From Minisyncoccota bacterium (GTDB taxonomy: Bacteria; Patescibacteriota; Minisyncoccia; Phycocordibacterales; Phycocordibacteraceae), in NCBI GenBank assembly GCA_041666305.1, contig JBAYHD010000005.1, forward strand, positions 1 through 55,207: a DNA stretch of 55,207 nucleotides, given 5' to 3'. The notes beneath the pieces are model-generated. The model was not told where the DNA came from. It did not search any database and saw nothing but the letters and a program-made list of their open reading frames with translations. Made by a program: the position numbers and the translations under genes. This document shows, in pieces, positions 25,395 to 35,102 of this stretch. Position 1 is the stretch's first letter, and every line of letters begins with the position of its first letter.

Positions 25395-26223
25395 ACTGGC
25401 TTTGCGCTTTCTTTTTCAAATACACCTTGCCATCGAAACGTAAGTCAACATATTCAATTGAGCCGTCCGCAAGATTGAAATTATCGCGCGCGGACACGAG
25501 CGCGGTAAATGCATTGTTTTCATGTCCGAGAAGGTAGGTGATGCGCGTACCGCCCACCACATAGTCATCCACCTCATCACCCCGCAGGACAACTTTCACG
25601 GCTGGCGAGCCAAGCGTGTCAAGCTGACGCGCGAAATCAAAAGCGTGCGGCAAACGTTCGGCATACGCGATGGTCGCATGAAGAGGTTCTAATGTGTCAT
25701 TTACAAGCGGCGCATACAGTACAAATGAATTGATAGTTTGCGTGGAACTCGCAGCAGCGGCAAAAATGTAACCGCTCGCGTCAAAGACGTAACAGTATTC
25801 GTCCACACCGGGCGTAGGAGCGAGACCGCACCAGCGCGCAACGGGGGCGCGATCATCCGTTTTTATTGAGATTCCGGTCAAGCCGTTGCGGAATATGGAA
25901 ATGGCGGCGATGTCCGGATGCGCAGCGAGAATGTCGGCACGAATATGCGATTCCGGAAAAAAGAAAGCGGAATCGCGCGGGATAACGCCGAAATAACTTC
26001 CTTGCATTTCGGCTTTTGCATAATCAGCAAATGAGGCGTCCGAACCGTACACGACAACGCTCGAAATGCGGACCGAACTTTGCCAGAGACCCCAGATAAG
26101 CGCGCCGAACAACACGCAAAGAAGAACGCAAAATGCGATGAGACCGCGGCGGCGGCGCAGCCGCCGCCGCTCCGCAAGCCGCTCGCTACCCTGCGGTTGG
26201 GCCGATGATGCTCTTCCCAACAT
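25393..26223 (-). CDS. FtsQ/DivIB-like cell division protein
   Basis: 276 aa; basic N-terminus, one TM helix, POTRA-like segment; overlaps the serS 3' end by 38 nt. Confidence 0.6.
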   Translation of the reverse strand: MLGRASSAQPQGSERLAERRRLRRRRGLIAFCVLLCVLFGALIWGLWQSSVRISSVVVYGSDASFADYAKAEMQGSYFGVIPRDSAFFFPESHIRADILAAHPDIAAISIFRNGLTGISIKTDDRAPVARWCGLAPTPGVDEYCYVFDASGYIFAAAASSTQTINSFVLYAPLVNDTLEPLHATIAYAERLPHAFDFARQLDTLGSPAVKVVLRGDEVDDYVVGGTRITYLLGHENNAFTALVSARDNFNLADGSIEYVDLRFDGKVYLKKKAQSQ

Positions 26224-27460
26224 AAGGCACTAAAGCGTCGGGCACCTTTATCGTGCCGTCAGACTGCTGGTAATTTTCGATGAGGACGGCGAGGAACCGC
26301 GGCGTCGCAAGCGCGGTGTTATTAAGGGAATGTGCGAACTTCAATTCGCCCTGCGCATCGCGATAGCGGATATTCAGCCGGCGCGTTTGAAAATCGTGGA
26401 AGTAGGAAGAGGAATGCGTTTCGCGGTATTTCCCTTCCGACGGCATCCAGCATTCGATGTCGTATTTTTTCACCTGCCCGAGCCCGAGATCGCCCGCGCA
26501 ATTGACGACGACGTGATACGGGATCTTTAGGAGCTGGATCATTTCTTCGGCGTTCGCGGTCAATTCTTCGTGATACGCCACGCTCGCCTCATGCGAAGCC
26601 TCGCAGAGAATGACTTGTTCAAATTTAAAGAATTCGTGCACGCGCACCAGTCCTTTCGTATCTTTGCCGTGCGCACCGGCCTCGCGGCGAAAACAGGGCG
26701 AGAAGGAAAAATATTTCATCGGGAATTGCTTTGCATCAAGCGTTTCATTCATGTGCAGACCCATCGTGGCGACCTCGGCGGTGCCGGCGAGATACTCGCC
26801 ATCCTGCGTCTTGTACAGGTCTTCTTCCGATTGCGGTAAATAGCCAGTGCCCATAAATGATTCGCGGCGCACGAGCGAGGGAACGATCATCGGCGTGAAG
26901 CCTCCCTTTTTTACGAAATGGTCGGACATGAAATGCCACAATGCGTAAGAAAGAAGTGCGGCATCGCCTTTGAGAAAATATCCGCGGAAGCCGGCAACCT
27001 TCGTACCGCGCTCGAAGTCGGCGATATCAAGCGCGGTCATAAGATCCACGTGGTTTTTCGGCGTAAAGCCGAAATCCGGTAGCGTGCCCCATTTCTTCAC
27101 TTCCATGTTGTCGGCATCGCTCTCGCCATCGGGCACCGACATGTCGGGAATGTTCGGGACCATGAGCATCAGTTGCTGCCACTCGATCATCACCTTTTTC
27201 AATTGTTCTTCGCCCTCCGCCATGCCGGCTTTCAGGTGTTGCATCTGTTCAATGACCTTCTCGCGGTCGCCGCCTTTGGCGAGTTGTATTTCACTACTGC
27301 GCCGGTTCTGCTCCGCGCGCTTGATATCGAGCTCTTGCCGGATTTTCTTGCGCTCGTCGTCCACGGCAATGAGCCGGTCGATATCGACGTCGATGTGTTT
27401 TTTCATCGCGCCCGCTTTGATGATCTCCGCGTTCTCCCGAATAAAATGTATGTCGAGCAT
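26186..27460 (-). CDS. serS: Serine--tRNA ligase
   Basis: 424 aa; N-terminal coiled coil; class II motifs (FRREAG..., GDLGLGQVKKYDIE). Confidence 0.95.
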   Translation of the reverse strand: MLDIHFIRENAEIIKAGAMKKHIDVDIDRLIAVDDERKKIRQELDIKRAEQNRRSSEIQLAKGGDREKVIEQMQHLKAGMAEGEEQLKKVMIEWQQLMLMVPNIPDMSVPDGESDADNMEVKKWGTLPDFGFTPKNHVDLMTALDIADFERGTKVAGFRGYFLKGDAALLSYALWHFMSDHFVKKGGFTPMIVPSLVRRESFMGTGYLPQSEEDLYKTQDGEYLAGTAEVATMGLHMNETLDAKQFPMKYFSFSPCFRREAGAHGKDTKGLVRVHEFFKFEQVILCEASHEASVAYHEELTANAEEMIQLLKIPYHVVVNCAGDLGLGQVKKYDIECWMPSEGKYRETHSSSYFHDFQTRRLNIRYRDAQGELKFAHSLNNTALATPRFLAVLIENYQQSDGTIKVPDALVPYVGKSIIGPTAG

Positions 27461-27469
27461 TGCCGCCTA

Positions 27470-27476
27470 GTATACT
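27470..27476. promoter_or_regulatory. Palindromic -10 element AGTATACT shared by divergent serS and dprA
   Basis: The serS-dprA intergenic region is 22 bp. TATACT reads on both strands, 6 nt before the dprA ATG and 8 nt before the serS ATG. Confidence 0.5.
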
Positions 27477-27482
27477 GCACCT

Positions 27483-28346
27483 ATGGACATTCGTGAACTT
27501 GAGCGCGCAGAGTGGCCTGCACAACTTTTGGAAATACCGCAGCCGCCCGAGAAACTCTGGGTACGCGGTTCTTTGCCTCCCGCGGGCACGAAATACCTCG
27601 CGGTTGTCGGCTCTCGTGCGATGACGCGCTATGGGCAGGAAGCCTGCGAAAAACTCATCATGGGTCTTGCGGGCTACCCTATTTCTATCGTCAGCGGTCT
27701 TGCACTCGGCGTCGATGCGTGTGCGCACAAATCGGCACTCACCGCCGGAATACATACCGTCGCCATCCCCGGCTCGGGACTCGATGATTCCTTCCTGTAT
27801 CCAAGGTCGAACCTTGGATTGGCCAACAATATTGTGAACGCTGGCGGTGCGCTTGTGAGCGAACACGAGCCGAACTATCGTGCAGCGCCGTGGGACTTTC
27901 CTTCAAGGAATCGCATCATGGTGGGCCTCGCGGACGCAGTTCTTGTCATTGAGGCAGGCAACAAATCCGGTACGCTTATCACTGCGCGGCTCGCAACCGA
28001 ATACAATCGCGACCTCCTCTGCATTCCTCATCGCATCGGCGACCCGCACGCATTCGGTTCTCATCTTTTCATCCGGCTCGGCGCCGCGCTCGTGAGCGAG
28101 CCGCTCCACATACTTGAAGCGCTCAAAATACCGCCGCGTGCCCCAACGGGGCCCCTTCGGGGAGGCGCCCCGAGCGACCTAGAGGACGCGGAACTCGTTA
28201 TCTGGAGTATGATTGACGAGCCAATGACCCGCGATGAAATTCTTCGTGGAACTGGCCTCCCGGCGGGCGAAACACTCACTGCGCTCGTCGCACTAGAGCT
28301 GCGCGGTCTTATCAAAGAAGAATTCGGTGCGTGGCGTAAAATATAA
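27483..28346 (+). CDS. dprA: DNA-processing protein DprA (Smf)
   Basis: 287 aa; AVVGSR, SGLALGVD, GSGLD..YP..N motifs; -10 box 6 nt before the ATG. Confidence 0.9.
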   Translation: MDIRELERAEWPAQLLEIPQPPEKLWVRGSLPPAGTKYLAVVGSRAMTRYGQEACEKLIMGLAGYPISIVSGLALGVDACAHKSALTAGIHTVAIPGSGLDDSFLYPRSNLGLANNIVNAGGALVSEHEPNYRAAPWDFPSRNRIMVGLADAVLVIEAGNKSGTLITARLATEYNRDLLCIPHRIGDPHAFGSHLFIRLGAALVSEPLHILEALKIPPRAPTGPLRGGAPSDLEDAELVIWSMIDEPMTRDEILRGTGLPAGETLTALVALELRGLIKEEFGAWRKI

Positions 28347-28348
28347 AA

Positions 28349-29128
28349 ATGAAAATTTACTCTTGGAACATGTTGTTCCGCAACAAGGAACAAGACCGCG
28401 CGTTCGAGTTCATCAAGAACAGCGATTTCGATATTTTCTGTTTGCAGGAAGTGCCGGAAGAATTTCTCAAACGATTGCAGACGCTTCCCTGTTCTATTGC
28501 GGAACGCATTGATGTCGAACGGCTTTTTGCAAAAGGCACGATGTCCAATTATGTCGTCATACTTTCCAAATACCCGATCGAAGCGCAGGGTGAAATATCC
28601 TTCCCCGACTATTGGCATCTCTTACCGCTACGTACGCGCATCTTCGTCCGACTCATGAAACCGTTCGGGTTTTCAAAGATACGCAATCGCGGCGCCATTT
28701 TCGCCGATATCCGCGTTCCCCTTTTATCGCATACTATTCGCGTTTTTAATCTGCACATCATCCTCGCCCAACCGGCGTGGCGATTGAAGGAATTTGAGAC
28801 CGCAATGGCCGAACGCGATCCAGCTCGACCGACTATCGTCTGCGGCGATTTTAATACCGTTCAATCTCCGCACATTTCAATATTGAATTGGTTCCTTGGC
28901 GGACCCGCGAGCGACGCGCTTTTGTACAACCGCGAACGCACGCGCATAGAACAGCGCTTTGTTGAACACCAATTAACGAATGCGCTTGCCGGCGGCGTCA
29001 CGCATCCATTGTCGCAATCGCAGCTCGACCACATCCTCGTATCGCATTCGTTCTCCATTAAAAATACTTCTGTTATCCCCGACCGATTCGGTTCCGATCA
29101 TCATCCGATCTTCGCTGAAATCTCATAA
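28349..29128 (+). CDS. Endonuclease/exonuclease/phosphatase (EEP) family protein
   Basis: 259 aa; SWN..., CLQEV, GDFN, SDHHP motifs. Confidence 0.8.
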   Translation: MKIYSWNMLFRNKEQDRAFEFIKNSDFDIFCLQEVPEEFLKRLQTLPCSIAERIDVERLFAKGTMSNYVVILSKYPIEAQGEISFPDYWHLLPLRTRIFVRLMKPFGFSKIRNRGAIFADIRVPLLSHTIRVFNLHIILAQPAWRLKEFETAMAERDPARPTIVCGDFNTVQSPHISILNWFLGGPASDALLYNRERTRIEQRFVEHQLTNALAGGVTHPLSQSQLDHILVSHSFSIKNTSVIPDRFGSDHHPIFAEIS

Positions 29129-29138
29129 GCGCGACTTG

Positions 29139-29272
29139 CCCGGTAGGACAACTTGGCATTGTGCATATTGCTCGTTATCAACACGTACGATTCATATCAA
29201 TATCTGCTTCATACACAAGCGTACAGAAGTTATATTTCGGTGCACGAGCGATGCCAAGTAGTCCTCACCGGG
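29139..29272 (+). repeat. Hairpin element copy 1 (134 bp), gene-proximal arm next to the TTG/topA side
   Basis: Arms CCCGGTAGGACAACTTGGCAT (29139-29159) and ATGCCAAGTAGTCCTCACCGGG (29251-29272); flanked by CTTG at 29135-29138 and 29273-29276. Confidence 0.9.
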
Positions 29273-29337
29273 CTTGACCATATATAGGTATGCGCGTTAT
29301 GAGTTAACGTGTGACCAAACGATTACTCATTGTGGAA

Positions 29338-29375
29338 CCCCGTACCAAATGTCTCGGAAGACAGTTGGTACGGGG
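29338..29375 (+). repeat. 11-bp perfect inverted repeat 13 nt upstream of the topA ATG
   Basis: CCCCGTACCAA (29338-29348) and TTGGTACGGGG (29365-29375). Confidence 0.85.
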
Positions 29376-29387
29376 CGTGTCGCCTTC

Positions 29388-31781
29388 ATGAAAAGACTTC
29401 TTATCGTGGAGTCCCCCACGAAGGCGAGGACCATCGGACATTACCTCGGCAAGGACTACACCGTCCTTGCTTCGGTCGGTCATGTGCGCGACTTGCCCAA
29501 ATCAAACAAAGACGCTGTTGATATTGAGGGCGGCTTTATTCCGCGTTATGTGATACCCGCCGAGAAACGCGAAGTCATTGAGAAGATAGAAAATGCGGCG
29601 AAAAAAGCGGACGAGATATATCTCGCGACCGACCCTGACCGCGAGGGCGAGGCGATAGCATGGCACATCAAAGAAGTTGCCGGTCTCAAAAAACCGAAAC
29701 GCGTGGTCTTCCACGAGATCACGAAAGCGGCGGTTGAAGAAGCCATCGCGCATCCGCGCGCCATTGATGAGAATTTGCGCCGCGCGCAAGAAGCGCGGCG
29801 CGTCCTCGACCGCATCGTGGGCTACGACCTTTCCGGCCTCATCTGGAAAAAAGTACGCTACGGGCTTTCGGCCGGGCGTGTGCAATCGCCGGCGCTGCGT
29901 ATCCTTGCAGAGCGCGAGCGCGAGATCAAAGCCTTTACGCCGGTCATTTATTTTGTACTTTCGGCCCTCTTTAAATCAAAAACCGGCGAGGTCGCGACAA
30001 CCTGTGTCGAGCAGCCTTTACTGAAAGAAGTCGCCGACACTATCGTACAGACCGGCAGAAGTGCCAAGTGGAGCGTTGCTGACGTCGGAGAAAAGTCCGA
30101 GGAGCGTAATCCGCGCCCGCCATTCACTACTTCCACCTTGCAACAGACCGCTTCCACGCGCCTCGGCTTCGCGCCTTCACGCACGATGCGCGCAGCACAG
30201 AAACTGTACGAAGCCGGCCACATTACCTATATGCGTACCGACTCGGTGAATCTCGGCACCGACGCAGTCGCAAAGATGGCGAGCGTTGTGGAGAGCCAGT
30301 TCGGGAAAGAATATGTGCAGGTGCGCGTTTACAAAACCACCAGCAAGAACGCGCAGGAAGCACATGAAGCCGTCCGCCCCACCGATGCGGGTAAAGCACG
30401 CGCGGGCGCCACGCCGGACGAAGTGGCACTCTACGAACTTATCCGCATTCGTGCGCTCGCTTCGCAAATGAGCGCCGCGCGCATTATGCGCACGTCTCTC
30501 TCGGTCAAAGCCGATGCTGACATCCCGTTGTTTACCGCAAACGGTTCGCGCATGCTCTTCCCCGGCTGGCTTGCGCTCGATACGGCGGCACGTGGCGAAG
30601 ATGTGGAATTGCCGAAGCTCGCCGTCGGCGATCCTCTTACGCTTCTCTCGCTGTCATCTGAACAAAAACAGACCGAACCGCCGAACCGATACACCGAAGC
30701 GGGTCTCATCAAAGAACTCGAGAAACGCGGTATCGGTCGTCCTTCCACGTACGCGTCAATTATGAAAACCATTCAGGACCGCGGCTATGTGGAAAAGCTT
30801 GGGCGCGCACTGAAGCCGACCGCGACCGGCATGGTCGTCTCCGGATGGCTGGAGGAAAATTTCCCGACCTATGTGAGCGACACGTTCACTGCAGAAATGG
30901 AAAATGAATTGGATGAAATTGCGCGTGGCGAGCGCGGCTATGTCGAGACGCTCAAAGCCTTTTATGGGCCATTTGAAAAAGAGGTGCGCGCTGGAGACAA
31001 ATTGCCGAAGGCAACTTCCCTCGGCGATGTTCCGGTAGAATTCCCCTGCCCGTTGTGTGCAAGTCCGATGGAATTCAAGCTCGGCCGCGGCGGCATCTTT
31101 ATGAGCTGTAAAAAATATCCCGATTGCCTCGGTGCGCGCACTGAAGAAGGAATGGAGCTCAAGGGCGATGAACCGATCGGATACCACCCCGAGACCGGCG
31201 CACCTATTTTTATCAAGACCGGACGTTTCGGACCGTATGTAGAAATGTCATTGCCGGAAGAAATCGTTAAAGAGGAGATTGTCGTTAGTGAAGATGGGAA
31301 GAAACCAAAAAAGAAAGTAACGAAGCGCGGCAAGGGCCGGCCGAAGACCGCTGCGAAGCGCGCAAGCATTCCCGCCGGCACTGACCTCGCGAGCGTGACG
31401 CTCGCCGATGCGCTCAAATACCTCTCGCTTCCGCGAGAGCTCGGGATGCATCCTTCCACCGGCAAAGCGGTATTCGCCTCAACCGGACGCTTCGGCCCGT
31501 ACGTCGGCAGTGACGGAGAATTCCGTTCCATCAAAAAAAGCGATCCGTACACCATTACGTTCGATGAAGCGCTCGCGGTACTCGCAGAGCCGAAGCGACC
31601 ACCGAAAGGCGTGGAGATCGTGAAAGAGATCGGCAAGCATCCGAAGACCGGCAAGACGATGACGCTCTACAAATCAAAACAGGGGTTCTTTTTGAAAAAA
31701 GGCCTCCGCCGCATCTATCTCCCTGAAGCGACCAAGCCCGATTCCTTCACTCCGGAAGAAGCCGCTGAGTATTTGAAATAA
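29388..31781 (+). CDS. topA: DNA topoisomerase I
   Basis: Start trimmed to MKRLLIVESPTKA (Toprim); YMRTDS active-site Tyr region; C-terminal Zn-ribbon (CPLC..C..C) and repeated GRFGPYV motifs. Confidence 0.93.
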   Translation: MKRLLIVESPTKARTIGHYLGKDYTVLASVGHVRDLPKSNKDAVDIEGGFIPRYVIPAEKREVIEKIENAAKKADEIYLATDPDREGEAIAWHIKEVAGLKKPKRVVFHEITKAAVEEAIAHPRAIDENLRRAQEARRVLDRIVGYDLSGLIWKKVRYGLSAGRVQSPALRILAEREREIKAFTPVIYFVLSALFKSKTGEVATTCVEQPLLKEVADTIVQTGRSAKWSVADVGEKSEERNPRPPFTTSTLQQTASTRLGFAPSRTMRAAQKLYEAGHITYMRTDSVNLGTDAVAKMASVVESQFGKEYVQVRVYKTTSKNAQEAHEAVRPTDAGKARAGATPDEVALYELIRIRALASQMSAARIMRTSLSVKADADIPLFTANGSRMLFPGWLALDTAARGEDVELPKLAVGDPLTLLSLSSEQKQTEPPNRYTEAGLIKELEKRGIGRPSTYASIMKTIQDRGYVEKLGRALKPTATGMVVSGWLEENFPTYVSDTFTAEMENELDEIARGERGYVETLKAFYGPFEKEVRAGDKLPKATSLGDVPVEFPCPLCASPMEFKLGRGGIFMSCKKYPDCLGARTEEGMELKGDEPIGYHPETGAPIFIKTGRFGPYVEMSLPEEIVKEEIVVSEDGKKPKKKVTKRGKGRPKTAAKRASIPAGTDLASVTLADALKYLSLPRELGMHPSTGKAVFASTGRFGPYVGSDGEFRSIKKSDPYTITFDEALAVLAEPKRPPKGVEIVKEIGKHPKTGKTMTLYKSKQGFFLKKGLRRIYLPEATKPDSFTPEEAAEYLK

Positions 31782-31828
31782 AAAATCACGACCCGAATGG
31801 GCCGTGAGGGTAGTGCGAACTGGTCAAG

Positions 31829-32290
31829 CTAGTCTTTTCTTTTCAGCGCGCTCATGCACGCCTTTGTGACGGCATCAACGCGTTCTTGCGGATAGTCTTT
31901 CGCATCATCCATGTCCACTGCCGTCGCAAGCCGCCGCATCCGTATACCGCCCGTTCGACGATACTGCTCTAATATCTCCGAATGCACCCTCGCCTCTTCT
32001 CTCGGATCCATCATCGAGTTTATCAGTATCGAATATTGCGGATTGTCGGGGCTGATTCCTGCTTCTTCAGCTACTCTTTCTGCCCCAGCAAATCGCAAGC
32101 CGAGAGTGTCGAGCGCATAGTCAGGGTCGAGTCTTTCCAATTCGGCCTTGTACCATGCGACAATCCGGCGTTCGCATTCACGGTGATGAAAACGAATGCG
32201 GAACGATTGGTGCAACGGAGAAATCTTCATACCGCGTTCTGGAAATATCTGATCAAGCCATACCACCATACGTGCAAAGAACAGACTCAT
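31829..32290 (-). CDS. Hypothetical protein
   Basis: 153-aa ORF with GGAGAGG SD. Confidence 0.45.
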   Translation of the reverse strand: MSLFFARMVVWLDQIFPERGMKISPLHQSFRIRFHHRECERRIVAWYKAELERLDPDYALDTLGLRFAGAERVAEEAGISPDNPQYSILINSMMDPREEARVHSEILEQYRRTGGIRMRRLATAVDMDDAKDYPQERVDAVTKACMSALKRKD

Positions 32291-32348
32291 GATTCACCTC
32301 TCCTCTAGTTGACGAACCCGGCTTACTGTACCAGTTTCGAGACAAAAG

Positions 32349-32393
32349 CCAATATCCTTATCTTTGACGGTCGGTCATCCATAAGGATATTGG
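32349..32393. repeat. 13-bp perfect inverted repeat with 19-nt spacer in the rel upstream region
   Basis: CCAATATCCTTAT (32349-32361) and ATAAGGATATTGG (32381-32393). Confidence 0.85.
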
Positions 32394-32445
32394 AAGTAGT
32401 CGTCTATAAGACAAACATAAAGAAGGAGGTGTATAGTAGTCTTCT

Positions 32446-34032
32446 ATGACCACCGTCAAAGAGATCGTCGGCAAAATGTCGAGGGCCTCGGCCGAGGATA
32501 TCGCTTTCGTCGAGAAAGCGTATGAGTGCTCCAAGAAGGCGCATGAAGGCAATTCTCGCTACTCCGGCGAACCTTACTTCATACACCCGGCAGCCACCGC
32601 AAAGATACTCGCGGAGTACGGTATGGATGCGACAACCATCGCCGCGGGACTTCTGCATGACGCGGTGGAAGACGGCGGCATCTCACGCGAGGAGGTAGAG
32701 AAGGAATTTGGGAAAGAATTACTCTTCATTGTTGACGGCGTGACGAAACTCGGCACGCACAAATATCGTGGCGCCGAGCGCCACGCGGAATCGCTCCGCC
32801 GACTCCTGGTAGCGACCGCGAGCGATATTCGCGTGCTCATCGTGAAGCTTGCCGACCGCTATCACAACATGCAGACATTAGAACATGTGCCGGAGCACAA
32901 ACGGCAACGGATCGCACTCGAGACGCTCGAGATCTACGCGCCTATCGCCGACCGCCTCGGCATGGGTAAAGTGAAGAAAGAGCTTGAAGATCTCGCATTC
33001 CCATTCATGGATCCGGATGCCGCACGGCACGTTGCGGAAGTACTCAAATTGAAGACGCAAGAAACCGAGAGCGGTCTCGCGAGAGTGCAAAAAGAACTGC
33101 TCCGCGAGCTCGCGAAGAAAGGGCTCACGAAATTCCATTCCGATATTCGCATGAAAGGCCTCTGGAGCCTGCATCAGAAATTGAAACGAAAGCGCGACGA
33201 CATAAATTTGATACACGACATCGCGGCCTTACGGCTCGTCGTACCAACCATTGAAGATTGCTACACGACGCTCGGCCTTGTGCACGCACTCTACCGGCCG
33301 CTCCCGGGCGAATTCAAAGACTACATCGCATTTCCGAAACCGAACGGCTATCAATCACTCCACACGACCGTCGTCACGCCGGAAGCCGGCATCGTGGAAA
33401 TACAGATTCGCACCGAGGAAATGCATAAGCGCGCTATGTTCGGTATCGCGTCGCACATGTCGTACAAACAGCTGGGGAAAAATATCGAAAAACTGGAAAA
33501 AGACGTGCAGAAAAGCAGATTTTCCTCGCTTTCATTTTCGTGGGTCCGCTCGCTTATTCCATCGCTCATGAAAATCTCCAAAAAAGAAGGCGGCCAGAAA
33601 ACGGTGACGCAAGTGCCTCCCTGGCTCGCCGAACTTGCCGAGGCACACACGGATATTGCCGGCTCTGAGGAATTCGTGGAGGGGCTGAAGGAAGATTTCT
33701 TCTCTCATCGTGTGTTCGTGTTCACGCCGAAGGGCGATGTCATCGACCTGCCGGCTGAATCAACTCCGATTGATTTCGCTTACGCGATACATAGCGATCT
33801 CGGCGACCATTTACAGGGCGCCAAAGTCAACGGAAAAATGGTTTCTTTTGAGACGAAGCTTGGCAATGGAGAAGTTGTGGAAATTCTACGACGCGATTCT
33901 GCGCACCCGTCCGCAAAATGGCTCGAGGTCGTGCGCACCTCGCTTGCGCGCCGGCACATTCGTACCGCACTTGGTATGACCGAGCCTACCAAGCCTTCGC
34001 GCCGACGTCATCGGCACGTCACTAAAAAATAA
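32446..34032 (+). CDS. relA: RelA/SpoT-family (p)ppGpp synthetase/hydrolase, short form
   Basis: 528 aa; HD domain (HDAVEDGG), synthetase domain, TGS domain; no long C-terminal regulatory part. Confidence 0.9.
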   Translation: MTTVKEIVGKMSRASAEDIAFVEKAYECSKKAHEGNSRYSGEPYFIHPAATAKILAEYGMDATTIAAGLLHDAVEDGGISREEVEKEFGKELLFIVDGVTKLGTHKYRGAERHAESLRRLLVATASDIRVLIVKLADRYHNMQTLEHVPEHKRQRIALETLEIYAPIADRLGMGKVKKELEDLAFPFMDPDAARHVAEVLKLKTQETESGLARVQKELLRELAKKGLTKFHSDIRMKGLWSLHQKLKRKRDDINLIHDIAALRLVVPTIEDCYTTLGLVHALYRPLPGEFKDYIAFPKPNGYQSLHTTVVTPEAGIVEIQIRTEEMHKRAMFGIASHMSYKQLGKNIEKLEKDVQKSRFSSLSFSWVRSLIPSLMKISKKEGGQKTVTQVPPWLAELAEAHTDIAGSEEFVEGLKEDFFSHRVFVFTPKGDVIDLPAESTPIDFAYAIHSDLGDHLQGAKVNGKMVSFETKLGNGEVVEILRRDSAHPSAKWLEVVRTSLARRHIRTALGMTEPTKPSRRRHRHVTKK

Positions 34033-34046
34033 AGTCGTCGCTAATT

Positions 34047-35054
34047 TTATACGCTGAAACCCGTGATGGAATAGAGATCGTCGTCCTCGCGCTCTTCGGG
34101 AGCGGCTGGTGGAATGAGATCGTTCGGAAGTTGCGTCGTGTTTGGGAAAATCTCCGACGCTTCTGCGAATCCGGTAGGCTCACCGTCGACCACTGCTTCC
34201 GCCACCTGCTGTTCGGCAGCGAGCGTCGCAACGAGCTGTTGCAGATCTTCGGGAGAGAAGAAGTCAATGCGAAGAGAACCTCCTTCGGCATTGGTCTCTA
34301 TGATGACACGCGTGCCCAGGGTTTCGGTGAGCGCTTTTTCTATGTCTACCATCTCCTGCGATTTACGATGATGCTTGTGCACGCGCTCCTGCGCGATGGA
34401 TCGCGCAATGCGCTCGGCAGTGCGGACCGGCAATCGTTTCAAAATGATTTCCTTAAAAAGAGTTTCGCGCTCTTCGGGACGGTCGTTCAGCGACATCAAA
34501 GGACGCGCGTGGCCCTCGCTTATTTCGCGCCCCACAATGGCGCTCTGCATATGCTCGGGAAGTGAAAGGAGGCGGAGCGAGTTGGAGACGTATTCGCGGC
34601 TCTTCCCTATCTTCGCGGCAGTCTCGGCGTGCGAGATACCGAACTCGTCAATGAGTTTCTGCAGCGCTTTCGCGCGGTCTATCGCATTGAGATCTTCGCG
34701 TTGAAGATTTTCAATGATAGCGAGCTCGAGCTTTGTGAGATTATTATCGCCCTGGCGTATCACCACCGGCACTTGTCGGAGTCCCGCAAGCCGGCTCGCG
34801 CGCAAACGCCGTTCGCCCGCGATGAGCTCATAGACGCTCGCGAGGCCATCCTCCTTCTCTACCTCGCTACGGCTTACGACGAGCGGTTGCAACACGCCGT
34901 ATTGGCGAATACTCTCCGCAAGCGAGCGTAGACCTTCCTCGCTGAATTCTTTGCGCGGCTGGTAGGGATTCGGCACGATACGGTCCACATCGATCCAAAA
35001 AACCGAGTCGTACTTGGTCGGAATATATGCCGCATCATCCTTCATTGGTCCCAT
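34047..35054 (-). CDS. parB: ParB/Spo0J partition protein
   Basis: 335 aa; NPYQPR, GVLQPLVV, ELIAGERRLRA motifs, HTH; acidic C-terminal extension. Confidence 0.85.
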   Translation of the reverse strand: MGPMKDDAAYIPTKYDSVFWIDVDRIVPNPYQPRKEFSEEGLRSLAESIRQYGVLQPLVVSRSEVEKEDGLASVYELIAGERRLRASRLAGLRQVPVVIRQGDNNLTKLELAIIENLQREDLNAIDRAKALQKLIDEFGISHAETAAKIGKSREYVSNSLRLLSLPEHMQSAIVGREISEGHARPLMSLNDRPEERETLFKEIILKRLPVRTAERIARSIAQERVHKHHRKSQEMVDIEKALTETLGTRVIIETNAEGGSLRIDFFSPEDLQQLVATLAAEQQVAEAVVDGEPTGFAEASEIFPNTTQLPNDLIPPAAPEEREDDDLYSITGFSV

Positions 35055-35102
35055 TTTAGCACGATGAAAAATCCGAAGCGAAATGGTAATGTGAACACTA
35101 CA

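Noticed and set aside
27040-27060. parS-like site (CCACGTGG core) and canonical parS near parB
   Set aside because: Only the 8-bp core matches and the flanks do not fit TGTTNCACGTGAAACA. I found no convincing canonical parS in the window.
27798-27818. 9+3+9 palindrome ATCCAAGGT-CGA-ACCTTGGAT inside dprA
   Set aside because: It encodes the conserved DprA YP..N..L motif region and is unique in the window. A 9-bp stem is within chance expectation for 55 kb.
27294-27866. 190-aa minus-strand ORF spanning the serS-dprA junction
   Set aside because: It overlaps both well-supported genes and has an Arg-rich shadow-frame composition.
29274-29387. TTG-initiated 38-codon N-terminal extension of topA (835-aa ORF-track model)
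   Set aside because: The Toprim domain begins at MKRLLIVESPTKA, as in other TopA proteins. The extension has no recognisable features and spans a hairpin. It is kept only as an open question in the findings.
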